From Octopus vulgaris (lineage: Eukaryota), in the NCBI GenBank assembly GCA_951406725.2, contig OX597842.1, positions 20,708,001 to 20,772,000 on the forward strand: a stretch of 64,000 nt of DNA, written 5' to 3'. Below the pieces are notes generated by a model, which did not search any database, had not been told where the DNA came from, and saw only the letters and a list, made by a program, of their open reading frames with translations. This document shows, one piece after another, positions 26,136-40,606 of the stretch (position 1 is its first letter; each line of letters starts with the position of its first letter). The translations under genes were made by a program, and so were the position numbers.

Positions 26136-26245
26136 CTACAAAGAAATAGAAAATTAATGATAGGGAGAGAGAGAGAGAATGTGTGTGTGCCTGTGGAAGT
26201 GAGACGAAATTTGGTACGTAATGAGAAAAAAGACATTATACATAC

Positions 26246-26387
26246 TCCAGACCAAAATTGAACTCCTCTTGATAAATGATGACCGAATGGTTTTGAATAC
26301 AAACAGGCCTCGATAAATATGAATTGCTTCTACAATCATCCACAGGAACGATGTCAGGAGGAAGTAGTGTAAGAGAGCAGCCACTGC
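26246..26387 (-). CDS. aGPCR exon TM3
   Basis: tag|AVAALLHYFLLTSFLWMIVEAIHIYRGLFVFKTIRSSFIKRSSILVW A|gtatgt; class B HYFxLxxFxWMxxE motif. Confidence 0.92.
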
Positions 26388-28403
26388 CTACAACAAAAAT
26401 AAAATAATATCTCACACTGATGTATGGCCTCGAATATATATTATTTTACCTGGGTCGGGTATAGATGTCAGTCCTCGATTACTGCTTTGCATTATAGATC
26501 ACAGACGGATAAACATTAGAATAAACCCCACTGAAATTTCAACAGAAATCTCAAAAACACGTCTTTTAATATAGAAAAGGAATTTCCTTCGAGGCTTTAG
26601 CCAATTCATCACATTATCATTACGTCATATTAATGGTTTCAAATGTTTGCATAAGACCAACAATTTCGGGGAGGTGGGTAAGTCGATTACATCGACCCCA
26701 GTACTCAACTGGTATTTATTTAATCGATCCAGAAAGGATAAAAGGCAAATTCGCCCTCCGTGGAATTTGAACTCAATTTGACGGAATGCTGCAAAGAATT
26801 TTACCTGTCTTGCTAACGATTCTGCCAGCTTGCTGCCTTCATGATTAACTCATAATAATATTAATAATAATAGAGCTTTCCTCTATTGGCACAAGGCATG
26901 AACTTTTGGGGGAATTGATTAGTCGAATGCATTGTAACTTATTTTATCGATCTCGAAATGTGAAAGGTGGAATTTGAGCTCAGAATCTAAAAACGGATGA
27001 AATGCTGCTAAGAATTTTGTCCGGCATGCTAACAATTTTATGACAGTTGAGCAAGATTGAGAGACAGCGAGGTTAGTTGATACTATCGATCTCAATACTC
27101 GCTTAATACTTTAATCTATCTACTGTTTAGGGATGACAGGATTCAACCTTGTCTCTCATCCCCGCTGGGAATCGATACATGAAATTACTAATCAGGTATA
27201 AGGATCGACGCACTCACCTTTTCCTTAAAATTGCTTGATTAAATAGAAAGTTTCAAAAGGAGAGAATAAAACCCTAACAGCAAGCTAGCATAATCATTGT
27301 TCGACCGTGGTCGAGACAATGGAATTTACCATGCTACGCCAGACTTCACGGTCCATCATGGCATTACGGAGGTCCTGTTGCTATCTATCTAGGGAGATAA
27401 CATTACAATAAATCACTCGGTCCGTAGCTTAGAAATACTGGCTGACGTCCAACGGGAACAGCTTTGTTTCATGGAGGAGGAAAGATCTTCTTTAGTACTT
27501 GGTTGTACAATGCTTTCCAATGTGTGTAGTAGCGGCGCGCGCACACATTATTAGCCATTTGAAAAGACTATGGAATTTACAATTAACTGCACCAGGGTTC
27601 CTCTTCCCCAGGGAACCAGACCTAATGGTATACTTGCGGATGTAGGTCCAGCCCTTGCTTTGCCGGGTCCTGTCTCTGATCATGTTGCACCTCCAAGGGC
27701 ATCCATTGACGGTGATGCCCTCAATCTTAACAGACGGGTATCACATGATAGAGAAGAGTCAGCTCCCAACCAAACAACACCAAACACCTCATCAGCTGTA
27801 AAACCCTAACAGCAAGCTAGCATAATCATGTGAGGTGAGCTAGACATTTTATATATAGGCGAGGGGAAGCGCGGAAAATATCAACAAAATTACAATTAGA
27901 CGAAGTAAAAATTGATGACTCATTACTTGGTATTTCTTATCATAAATATTGATGTTATCATCTGACAGTTAATCATTGTCAAATGAAAAATGGTACTGCA
28001 TCGGTTTCGACGATGAGGGTTCTAGTCGAATCGATTGACGAAACAGCCTGATTGTGAAATTAACGTGCAAGTGGCTGAGCAATCCACAGAGACGTGCACC
28101 GTTAATGTATATCACAGGGAGATTCAGTGTGACAGAACATGTGGCAACGATGGTTCTTTTGAAGTACAGGGAGCAGGCATTTTTGCCAGCAGAGTGTAAT
28201 GGGGCAACCTGAAATAAAGAGTCTTGATCAAGGAGTTGAACTTACGAATTTAGAATCTTAAGCCAGTTACTCTAACTACTTATCATTGGTCAAATTAAAG
28301 AATGCAAGAACGAACAACGCAAACATTAAATGCAATATTTAGTGCTATAGCCTGGGCTTTTACAAAACGAAATATTTACTGTTTTAAATGTGTTTCCACT
28401 TAC

Positions 28404-28527
28404 CTTACAAACAGCTGTTCTTTCTGTAATATATGCTTGGAACCCAACAAGAAAGGTAAGATAAGTGGCAGCTAAAGAACTGCACAAGTTGACTAAAATT
28501 TTTGAGGCTATTAACTTCCATAGATTT
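28404..28527 (-). CDS. aGPCR exon TM2
   Basis: cag|A NLWKLIASKILVNLCSSLAATYLTFLVGFQAYITERTAVCK|gtaagt. Confidence 0.9.
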
Positions 28528-28617
28528 CTGGAATAATGACAAAAAGAAAGAAAAGAAATAATAATACTGCTTTTATTAACATAAATCAATAAAGAAATTG
28601 CTCAAAGCACAAAAAAT

Positions 28618-28649
<32 letters not shown>

Positions 28650-28665
28650 TATATTATATTATATA

Positions 28666-28798
<133 letters not shown>

Positions 28799-28951
28799 CA
28801 GTAAAACAATTAAGATTCAAGTGAGTTCCAATGAATTCACATGAATGCGGTACTTAACTTAGATGCACCAGAAATCTTTATGGTATTAACCATTAAATAA
28901 TGTGGGCTGATTATAAACAAGTAAAAAGCAAAATTCTTGTTGCTTTTTTCT

Positions 28952-29032
<81 letters not shown>

Positions 29033-29763
29033 ACACATATATATATCAGGTTGAATAAAAAGTAACCAACGTATTGCACGATGAAGAATTTATTCCGGAT
29101 TTTTGCAGTTTTTAATTTCTTTAAACATTCTTTTGCAATTGCCTGATAATACAGACATCAATAAATTAGCATTAATATTGTTTTCACCGTCTGAAATGGA
29201 ACAGTCCAAGACCGATATTCCTGCAATTTTGCTATTAAACTTCAAAAGAAGGACGTAAAGCGGCCGAAAATGCTCGCGATATCAATGAAATGTTTGGTGA
29301 GGAAATGACCAGTGAGTGATCAACTCGAAAATTGCTTAAACGATTTTGTAGTGGAGACCTGAATCTTGAGGATCGCAAGCGTAGTGGTCACCCATCTCTT
29401 ATCGGTGATGGTCAATTAAAGACCGTCATAGAAAAAGATCCACGTAAAACCACTCGAGAAGTGTCTAAGGAATCTAGCTAGAAAACTGCCTGCAACCATT
29501 TGCATGTGCTGACGGAGAGAAGTAACACAGAAACCGCTCACTCCCTTTTTCTCATATCCTTACTGTGACTCGCTTACAAAAACTTGCACTAAACTAACTG
29601 TCCAGTCAATAATCCTTCACTCAAGTGACAACATTCTGGATTTCTCTTCACATCCATGATTTTCCTGCAGACTTCAACCACGTCATGCTTACCAGTGTAC
29701 GATGGACACAGTCTCAGTGCATTTGAATCGTTTATAAAAGAAAATAGAAATTGAAATGCTTAC

Positions 29764-29897
29764 TTGAAATAAGCATGAATTATTACTGTCAGAATGAGAC
29801 AGACAAATGATATTATGCAGCCAATGTTAGAAATGATAGAGAGGTATTGACTATTCTTTGCATTTCTTTCAATTCTTTCACTCCGTTGGTCGACGTT
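29764..29897 (-). CDS. aGPCR exon TM1
   Basis: cag|NVDQRSERIERNAKNSQYLSIISNIGCIISFVCLILTVIIHAYF AA|gtaagc. Confidence 0.9.
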
Positions 29898-31816
29898 CTG
29901 CAACAGAAAACAGATAACAGCGTATTAGCTACTCCCCTTCTTTTCTTCTTCGTTTCAAAAATATTGATCAATGTTTATATAAATTATGAGTGTTCATTTA
30001 CGTGGGGGGGGGGGCATCTTCTATTACATGTTACATGATACTTAATTACAATATGGAGCATCACTGTCTTTATAAAGTATGTAAGCAACGTCTTTACTCT
30101 TTTACTTGTTTCAGTCAGTTGACTGCGGCCATGCTGAGCACCGCCTTTAGTCGAGCAACTCGACCCCGGGACTTATTCTTTGTAAGCCCAGTACTTATTC
30201 TATCGGTCTCTTTTGCCGAACCGCTAAGTGACGGGGACATAAACACACCAGCATCGGTTGTCAAGCAATGCTAGGGGGACAAACACAGACACACAAACAT
30301 ACATGCACACACACATATATATATACATATATACGACGGGCTTCTTTCAGTTTCCGTCTACCAAATCCACTCGGAAGGCTTTGGTCGGCTCGAGGCTATA
30401 GTAGAAGACACTTGCCCGAGGTGCCACGGAGTGGGACTGAACCCGGAACCATGTGGTTGGTAAGCAGGCTACCTACCACACAGCCACTGAGTCCAGGTAG
30501 AATATAACGCCGGTGTTTAAATCTTGAGTTCAAATTCACTGAAGGTATATCTTAGTATATGTTACAGTACAACTAATTCCAGCTGCTTCACTTAAACTAT
30601 CTGTTAACTGAGGACAGACGTTTGACGTGAAATATACGATAAATGATTAACTAGAGATATCAAAAATGTGAAATTGGAATTATTTTGGTAATACAAGAAT
30701 AGTGACGTAAATAGTTATAAAGACAATTGATTTGATTCAGTAATGATAATTTTAGAAACAACATCCATGACTTGACTATTTAATCTCCGTCATTGTGATG
30801 TGAGATGATAGTAGAATCAGTATGGAGTGAACTAGCGCACTGGGTAAGTTCAACTTTTTGTTTAGGCTAAAATACGTATAATAAAAAGGGGTACGTTTTA
30901 TCTCCATGGGTAATGGAAGTGTCGTAACAGCTTATAAATATTGGATACATGTGGATTATTGACACAAATTGTCAGTTAAATAAGAGGAGTGGTATTGTAA
31001 GAGAAACATGAAGCGACCATTGTTTTAACACCTAACATGTTTATTGTGCTATGGATATCTATTGTATATTAACTAAGTATGTATCTATAAAAATACCATT
31101 CAGATAGTTTCAACACAATAGATTTAAATACAAGGGAGATGACTGTTCCTTCTGCCCCATTGTTGGAGGAATTCTGATGCTTTTAATTGAGGCCCTTAGC
31201 TGAGGACATCTAGTAGACAACATCCTGAGTTTAGACTAATAGACAATAACAATATATTTCTTTACTACCCATAAGGGGCTAAACACAAAGGGGACAAACA
31301 ATGACAAACAAACGGATTAAATCGATTTCATCGACCCCAGTGCGTAACTGGTACTTAATTTATCGACCCCGAAAGGAGAAGAGGCAAAGTCGACCTCGGC
31401 GGAATTTGAACTCAGAACGTATCGCAGGCGAAATACCTGTTTCTTTATTACCCACAAGGGGCTAAACACAAATGGGACAAACAAGGACAGACAAACGGAT
31501 TAAGTCGATTTCATCGACCCCAGTGCGTAACTGGTACTTAATTTATCGACCCCGAAAGGAGGAAAGGCAAAGTCGACCTCGGCGGAATTTGAACTCAGAA
31601 CGTAACGGCAGACGAAATACCACTAAGCATTTCGCCCGGCGTGCTAACGTTTCTGCCAATAGCAGCAATAACAACAGTGACTTATTACAAAATATCAATC
31701 TCACATATTTACTGAAATATCCACCAACATGAAGTTTAAAAGCTATTGAAATTATTTATGTATAGACACAATTGCCAATTTACAAGCAATTGACAACATG
31801 TCATAATGTTACCAAC

Positions 31817-31966
31817 CATTAGAAGAGCAAAACTTGTAAGATGGTTACAGGAACAAAGTACTTTCTTCCCAGGCTCATCGTGGGACATATTACAGCCTTC
31901 TGTCGACCAACGGGGTTTCTGTCCAGAGGATTCATCCCAATAAACACATTGTGGGTTGGTGACTTC
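31817..31966 (-). CDS. aGPCR exon, GPS motif and Stachel
   Basis: cag|EVTNPQCVYWDESSGQKPRWSTEGCNMSHDEPGKKVLCSCNHLTSFALLM|gttggt; 150 bp. Confidence 0.95.
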
Positions 31967-32102
31967 CTGGAAAAATTAAATTCTGTTTATTTAATCAAAT
32001 TACTTTGCAATTAAAACACATGTAATTAATCTTGGCTAAACTGACAAATAAAATATCGAAACAGACAATGGCGTAACTGACTAATCAATCTCGTTTATAA
32101 AT

Positions 32103-32920
32103 CTCTTTACTCTTTACTCTTTTACTTGTTTCAGTCATTTGACTGTGGCCATGCTGGAGCACCGCCTTTAGTCGAGCAAATCAACCCCAGGACTTAGTTT
32201 TTGTAAGCCTAGTACTTATTCTATCGGTCTCTTTTGCCGAACCGCTAAGTTTACTCTATTACCTGTTTCAGTCATTTGACTGTGGCCATGCTGGAGCACC
32301 GCCTTTAGTCGAGCAAATCGACCCCAGGACTTATTTTTTGTATGCCTAGTACTTATTCTATCGGTCTCTTTTGCCGAACCGCTAAGTTTACTCTTTTACC
32401 TGTTTCAGTCATTTGACTGTGGCCATGCTGGAGCACCGCCTTTAGTCGAGCAAATCGACCCCAGGACTTATTTTTTGTATGCCTAGTACTTATTCTATCA
32501 GTCTCTGTTGCCGAACCGCTAAGTTTACTCTTTTACCTGTTTCAGTCATTTGACTGTGGCCATGCTGGAGCACCGCCTTTAGTCGAGCAAATCGACCCCA
32601 GGACCTATTTTTTGTAAGCCTAGTACTTATTCTATCAGTCTCTGTTGCCGAACCGCTAAGTTACGGGGACATAAACACACCAGCATCGGTTGTCAAGCGA
32701 TGTTGGGGGGACAAACACAAACACACAAACATAAATACACACACATATATACGACGAGCTTCTTTCAGTTTCCGTCTACCAAATCCACTCACGAGGCTTT
32801 GGTCGGCCAGAGGCTACAGTAGAAGACACTTGCCCAAGGTTCCACACAGTGGGACTGAACCCGGACCCATGTGGATGATGGTAAGCAAGCTACATACTAC
32901 ACAGCCACTCCTACGCCTAT
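32103..32920 (-). mobile_element. SINE family B with four tandem 137-bp tail repeats
   Basis: The gctaag unit boundary recurs at 32244, 32381, 32518 and 32655. Confidence 0.9.
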
Positions 32921-33289
32921 GTATATTCTCATAATATGTTTCTCTATCACTTGGACTACCATTCCTTCTGTTTCTGAAAGGAAGCGAATTGTTCGTGTAG
33001 ATCTGAACTACAACGTGGCATGAAGTTCTCGGCGGTAATGTGTTTCATCATAAGTCAACCTGGTCAGAAATTGCATGAAGGAAAACAACATAAACAGCCA
33101 CAACTACGGTCATAGAAAACCCCGAAGAAACTAATCAAATTTAAAATACAGCCGCAATCAGTGAACGCAATGATAGCCAAACATATTAAAACAATTTACT
33201 GGTGATACTAAAACAAGCGGAAACATATCCAGCACGCACATTGTATAATGAAGATACGATAAGTTATAACTGTCAACACGGTAACAGCT

Positions 33290-34150
<861 letters not shown>

Positions 34151-34245
34151 CTTGCGCCGTAGTCAGTGTTTCTGTCAGGAGGTGTAAAGGTGTGGCTCTG
34201 AAACGAAATATTAACGACGGTTATAACAAATCACATAGTTATTAC

Positions 34246-34374
34246 CTGATCGATTACATTGAATGATATTGTAACTGGTTCATCAAGGTTGGTTATATTA
34301 ACGTTGGGAATATTTGCAGCAATTATACGACTGTCAACTTTAGTAGTTGTTTGGTTATTAGAAGTTTGTATTAC
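34246..34374 (-). CDS. aGPCR GAIN-B exon
   Basis: cag|VIQTSNNQTTTKVDSRIIAANIPNVNITNLDEPVTISFNVIDQ|gtaata; 129 bp. Confidence 0.9.
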
Positions 34375-34512
34375 CTGTAAAGAGGAGTCGTTAAATAAGC
34401 TTATTTATTGCCAAAGAAGAGTTTATTAATACATCGCTAAAGCATGAAACCAAACATCAGAGTTGTACATCATTGCTTTGGTCGGTACAGCTTAATACAA
34501 TATATATTACAA

Positions 34513-34903
34513 CTAGCAGTATCGCCCGGCGTTGCTCGGGTTTGTAAGGGAAATAACTATAAAGCATTTTTAGAGAGTTATAGACAAAAAATAGCAAAAC
34601 GTGCATTTAAAATGGAAAAAAAATTATGGTAAATTTTTTTTAAATCGTTGACTCATCGTAGACATTTTTAGAGAGTTACTTCCCTTTATTAAAAAAATAT
34701 GCATTAAAATGGAAAAAAATGATGGTAAATTATTTTTAAAATCGTAGACTCATCGCAGACGCGCGCTAATACCCAGAAGGGCTCGATATGAATCACGACT
34801 ATAAGATACCCGGTTTTGGTTAAACTGCATCGCAAAATGTGGGAGTAGTTAGGAATCTAATTCGGAGTAGACAGACACACAACCTTTCTTTTATATATAA
34901 AGA
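34513..34903 (-). mobile_element. Non-autonomous Helitron
   Basis: The minus strand begins TC(tttatatataaaag) and ends with a GC hairpin (ccgagcaacgccggg) then CTAG. It sits between A and T with no TSD. Confidence 0.8.
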
Positions 34904-34990
34904 TATATATTTCATGTGAGTTCATTACTGAGGCTTGCCCTTGCTCTAAAGAATGGATAATTGGCTTTCAGATCTAAATTGTTAACATTA

Positions 34991-35470
34991 AAGACTCAAG
35001 AGATTAAGACTCTATTCTTTAGAGCGTAGGCGAGAAAGATATGCCATAATATACATCTGGAAGATCATGGAAAGACTTGTACTAAACTTTGGCATCAAAC
35101 GTTACACAAATACTAGAACTGGGCGCCACTGCATAGTGCCAAGGACTCCAAATTTGCCATCAAGATGTAGGACAAGATACTGCAATAGCCTGGGCTTCAG
35201 AGGCCCACAGCTCTTCAATATTCTCCCGAAGGACCCGAGAGGCCTGCATGAGGTAGATGTAGGTGTCTTCAAAATAAAGCTGGACCTCTTCCTGTCAGGT
35301 GTCTCAGACGAACCAGCTTCGCGGCAGGAAGTGCAGATGAGGGCAGCTGCATCAAACTCTCTCATGCACCAAATGTCAATAGCTAAAAAGCATTCGTGAA
35401 GTAAAATTATGTTGCAACACCAAATGGCGGTGCCCCAGCATGGCCGCAGCTCTTGAGCTGAAACTAGATG
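34991..35470 (+). mobile_element. CR1/L2-type LINE 3' fragment, same family as 21643-22370
   Basis: RLKRLRLYSLERRRERY...GFRGPQLFNILP..., with the same 3' tail. Confidence 0.88.
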
Positions 35471-35651
35471 AAATTATTAAGAGCTGATGGCATGCTTGTT
35501 TACTTAAGAAGGTCTCTTGGTAATCAACGTATTCTGTGTTCAATGTACTTGTGCGGCACCTTGGGACAGGTGATTTCTACAACAGCCCCGGGTGGATAAG
35601 AATCTTGGTATTGGAATTTGGTGGATGAAACTGTTGAAGAGCTAATTTATA

Positions 35652-35784
<133 letters not shown>

Positions 35785-36146
35785 AAGGCGCAATGGCCCA
35801 GTGGTTAGGGCAGCGGACTCGCGGTCATAGAATCGCGGTTTCGATTCCCAGACCGGGCGTTGTGAGTGTTTATTGAGCAAAAACACCTAAAGCTCCACGA
35901 AGCTCCGGCAGGGGATGCTGGTGATCCCTGCTGTACTCTTTCACCACAACTTTCTCTCACTCTTACTTCCTGTATCAAAAGGCCGGCCTTGTCACTCTCT
36001 GTGTCACGCTGAATATCCCCGAGAACTACGTTAAGGGTACACGTGTCTGTGGAGTGCTCAGCCACTTACACGTTAATTTCACGAGCAAGCTGTTCCGTTG
36101 ATTCGGATCAACCGGAACCCTCGTCGTCGTAACCGACGGAGTGCTT

Positions 36147-36205
<59 letters not shown>

Positions 36206-36529
36206 TACACACGAGGGACGAGGGACTACCCCAAAGTACCAGGAAACATTCTCTGTGGGACGAAAACTTTGTAGTTCAGGCTTCCACCGATAGAAGCCAC
36301 TTGATGGGAGCCTCAGGCATCAGTCAGTCGACCGGCGTTGCATGCTTCTGTCATACTGCCAAGTGAGGCGTCTTTGTTTTGTAGTGCTTCGTTAATTTTT
36401 GCGATGGCTGAAACGGAGGAACGGTGTTCTGTGAAATCCAAAACCGAAATATTATATCTTCCTTTATCAAAAAACGTAACAATGAATTCAAAAATAACCA
36501 GAAGAAATATTTCCGTGTTTGTACCATAC

Positions 36530-36676
36530 CCTATATAGCTTATCCTCTTTCATATTAAAAAAAGAAATCCTTGAAAACGTTGTGAGTTCTTCTTCCGTCA
36601 GATGTCTTATTAAACTCTTTGGCAATGAAATGTAGTCCATCATATCTTCTTCTAGTGAGTTTGGGTCGTTATATAT
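36530..36676 (-). CDS. aGPCR GAIN exon
   Basis: cag|IYNDPNSLEEDMMDYISLPKSLIRHLTEEELTTFSRISFFNMKEDKLYR|gtatgg; 147 bp. Confidence 0.88.
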
Positions 36677-37276
36677 CTGGCGGAGGAAAATAAAAAGAGA
36701 AATTTAAATTGATAAATAGAAAATACAACTACTTTTGAATGTTGCTGACGTCGTAAAAATTTATAAACTTTCGACAGAACGTGAGGTGAAATAATTTTTG
36801 AAATAGCAGATCCTGAATGACATAGATATTTAGTAGAAAATAAAAATTTTTTTAAGTCCCTTTCGGATAGTAAAAGTCTCACGAGCAGTATCCGACTTTT
36901 CCTAAAGAAAAGAATTTTTCAACCCGTTCCTTACGTAGTATTATTCATAGTGTTATGTGCTTCGAGATCTATTGGAAAAACGGAATTATTACTATTACGG
37001 TTATTATTGTTGTTGTAACTGCTACGTCTTCCATAAATCCTACATCACAACACTACAATTAACAGCTAAAACCTCCATTATCACCCACTACCACACAAGT
37101 AAACAGAGGAGAGAGGAGTTTCAACTAATTATTGGTGTATATATATGTATACATACATATATGTACATACCTACATTTCTCTCTCACACATTACTTAGGG
37201 TGCGAAAGAGTTTTGTTTTTATTTTACGCCGAGTAAAAATGAGTTTTGTTGAGAATCCATTTATATTATATTATAT

Positions 37277-37340
<64 letters not shown>

Positions 37341-37341
<1 letters not shown>

Positions 37342-38609
37342 GAGGGGCGTTCAATAAGTAATGCCCCTGACCCACTTCCCATAGCAGTAGAGCAACGACA
37401 CTTGGCACAGTTATTAGTCTTTTCCTACATAGGAACTACCCAGAGTTATGCATTTCTCCCATCGTTTGATATAGCTCTGGAGACCGTTTTTGTAGAAGAC
37501 CCCAGCTTGGTCCTCCAACCACGACGTGACTTCAGAAATCAAGGCTGCATCATCTGGGGAATGCTTTCCTTTCAAAATCAACTTCATGGCTGGGAAGAGG
37601 TGAAAATGAGAGGGTGCAAGGGGAGGAGTTCATAGCTGCACGCCTGTGCTTCTGATCTGGCGACACGCGAGTTGTGGACCGGAGAGTTGTCCTGCAGGAG
37701 GAGGATGCCTTTGCTGATCTTGCCCCGCCTCTTGATTTTGATAGCTTCTCTTAATTTCCTCAAAAGTGAAGCATAATAGGCTCCTGTAATTGTGGTACCC
37801 TTTGCCAGGAAATCTGTCATCACTACTCCGTCCTGGTCCCAGAAGACTGTGAGCATAACCTTGTCAGCGGAGGGCTGCACCCTTGCCTTCTTTGGAGGAG
37901 GTGAGTCACGGTGCTTTCACTGCATTGACTGGGCTTTGGTCTATGGATCATAGTGATGGACCCAGGTTTTATCCTGTGTGATCAGTCTTTTGAAAAATTT
38001 TGACTCATCTTCTTGGCACATCTCCAAATTCATCCTCGAGCACTCAACGCGTTCTTGCTTCTGGAAAGGTGTGAGCAACCTGGGAATCCATCTGGCAGAC
38101 ACCTTTTGCATATGCAAATGGTCATGAATGATAGTTTCCACAGACCCGGTACTAATCTTGACCTTATGGGCTATTTGGCGAATAGTTATGCGTTGATCTT
38201 CCAAAATGGCAGCCTCAACTTGACGGACAGACGTCTCATCAACGGCAGAAGGGGGCGACCAGATCTGGGAGCTGTTTCCACAGAGTTCCGACTATGTTTG
38301 AATTCACAATGCCAGCGTTTTACAAGGTCATATGATGGGGCATCATCACCATAAGTTACTTTCATTTCATCAAAAGTCTCCCGTGGTGTGCGTCCTTTCA
38401 AATACAAAAACCAGATCACTGCTCGACACTCAACAGGCTCCATTTCACACTTGACTCAGTTCAAACACCTGTAAATCAGGAACCACAATTAGTTCAGAGC
38501 TGTAATTCGCCACTTAATCTATAGAGGTATAAATAAGTGCACATGCAAGATTTCAGCTAGATCAAACAATTGCAAGTGGGTCAGGGACATTACTTATTGA
38601 ACGCCCCTC

Positions 38610-38610
<1 letters not shown>
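37341..38610 (-). mobile_element. Full-length Tc1/mariner (mariner-type) DNA transposon with frameshifted transposase
   Basis: ~38-bp TIRs cgaggggcgttcaataagtaatg(c/t)ccctgacccactt flanked by TA within (TA)n. ORF pieces include WIPRLLT, TQDKTWVHHYDP, VMLTVFWD and LLQDNSPVH. Confidence 0.93.
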
Positions 38611-38650
<40 letters not shown>

Positions 38651-38655
<5 letters not shown>

Positions 38656-38972
38656 ATATTTCGGAATGGTCATAATGAAGACATACAATAGAAATACAAA
38701 ATGGCTGACGGTTAGTAAGGAGAGACACACAAATAAGAAAGAAGAAAACAAAGGACCACTGATACGATCACAGGAGTGTGACGAAGGAACTCTGGCCGAA
38801 ATAAGATTAAGATTAATGTAAAAAATAAATAACACTGAAGCAAAGTAACACCAAATATATAGTGCGTGTGTTTTTATTGGCTAAACTGGCAATATGACCA
38901 TTCCGAAATATAACAATATCTGTTTCAACACAAGACTTCACATAAAAAATCTTGCACAACAAATATTTAAAC

Positions 38973-38975
<3 letters not shown>
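38651..38975 (+). mobile_element. Small Penelope-like element with a 23-bp inverted 5' segment and a degenerate hammerhead (38753-38797); rearranged copy at 46511-46760
   Basis: ttgttatatttcggaatggtcat / atgaccattccgaaatataacaa inverted repeat. Flanked by (TA)n. Confidence 0.55.
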
Positions 38976-39040
<65 letters not shown>

Positions 39041-39042
<2 letters not shown>

Positions 39043-39300
39043 CCAATTTCAACGGATTTCGCCCAAATTTGACGTCGATGTTACTTAATTTGTTTTGAAA
39101 TAAAGAACTTGATTAGCTTAATAATCCTAACTTAATCCCGGATAAGGCCGGGTTATGCTGCTAGTATATATATATAAACCAATTTCAGTGGATTTCGCCC
39201 AAATTTGACGTCGATGTTACTTAATTTGTTTTGAAATAAAGAACTTGATTAGCTTAATAATCCTAACTTAATCTCCGGCAAGGCCGGATTATACTGCTAG
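39041..39300 (+). repeat. Two tandem ~136-bp Helitron-like 3' ends
   Basis: Each unit ends in a ccgg...ccgg hairpin followed by ctgCTAG-t. Confidence 0.6.
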
Positions 39301-39348
39301 TATAATATAAATGAGCATTATGAGAGAAACTAAGAGAAAGTATTGTAC

Positions 39349-39520
39349 CTCATTCCTTGCTTCCGTTTCATTGGTTCCATATGAAACAGAATAAATAACA
39401 CCATTGAAAGTGTCCTTCTCCACTTTGGTAGCACCAATACCAAGATTAGAATATAAAACTGTGAGTTCCTGCTCTTCAAGGGAAAACATTTCTGGGATTA
39501 CTTCTATAATGCCCAGAATT
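39349..39520 (-). CDS. aGPCR GAIN exon
   Basis: cag|A ILGIIEVIPEMFSLEEQELTVLYSNLGIGATKVEKDTFNGVIYSVSYGTNETEARNE|gtacaa. Confidence 0.85.
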
Positions 39521-39990
39521 CTGTGAAAGAAAAATCAAGAAAACAACTTTCAGTTGACAGTAATTTTCATGTATGTAATTAGGTATAAGTGTAATTAAAC
39601 TTGCAGCCCGAGAGTCCCACTGTTTGGTACCATCATATTAGAATTCTTACACTTTTGATCCATAGAGTATATTGGCCAGGATACTGGGGTAGGTGGCCAG
39701 GTCTTTCCCCAGGCCAGAGCCGTTTAGCCAGCATACTTACCATATGCTGTTGCCACCCCCAGCACCAGCGGCCCAGGATAGAACTGACTGGAGGACACTG
39801 ATCCATCGAGTCACCGAGAGTCGACTTCGACTGAGCGGATAGATAGATAGATAGAGTAATTACACTAATTATATTGATTAAGATATCTTTTTATATGACT
39901 ATTATTAATGTTGCTTCTGTTGTTGTTGCTGTTATTGTTGCTATTACTTCCACAGCAATACCACCACCACAGCACTACCACCATCACCAT

Positions 39991-40024
<34 letters not shown>

Positions 40025-40079
40025 GCTACTACTACTACTTCGACTACTACTGCTGCTACTACTACTTCGACTACTACTG

Positions 40080-40207
<128 letters not shown>

Positions 40208-40255
40208 GTGCCGCCGCTGTTCCTGCACTAACAGCAAATGTCATCTAAATTTTAC

Positions 40256-40484
40256 CTGCTGACAATTCCATGAGATTGTTCCACCTCAACCAAATTCTTC
40301 TCTGGTACGTTTATTATATTGTTGATAATAAAAAGTACTTTGAACAGTGTCGTATTGGGGGACGCACATGGGGGCAATGACATCATTTCCTCAAGAAAGT
40401 TTACTGCCAAGACAATATCTTCTTTGGAATACACAGATTTTTGTGAAATATTCAGGAGTTTTGTCGAAAATTCCTCAACAGTCC
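40256..40484 (-). CDS. aGPCR GAIN-A exon
   Basis: cag|GG TVEEFSTKLLNISQKSVYSKEDIVLAVNFLEEM...INNIINVPEKNLVEVEQSHGIVS AG|gtaaaa. Confidence 0.85.
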
Positions 40485-40606
40485 CTGTAATGGAAAATTG
40501 AAAATAAAGTTTACAAAAATTTACATCCGCGCTCAGACAAAATAATAGAAGCAAATACAACACAACATTTAATGAAACACAGGGACTTGTTTAACAACTT
40601 ACTGTA

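Noticed and set aside
37400-38443. Active transposase or SETMAR gene
   Set aside because: It is split across frames, the YSPDLAP/third-Asp region has decayed, and there is no SET domain.
39733-39742. U1 snRNA 5' end (atacttacc)
   Set aside because: Only 9 nt match and the downstream sequence is not U1; the region ends like an RTE-type LINE with a (GATA)n tail.
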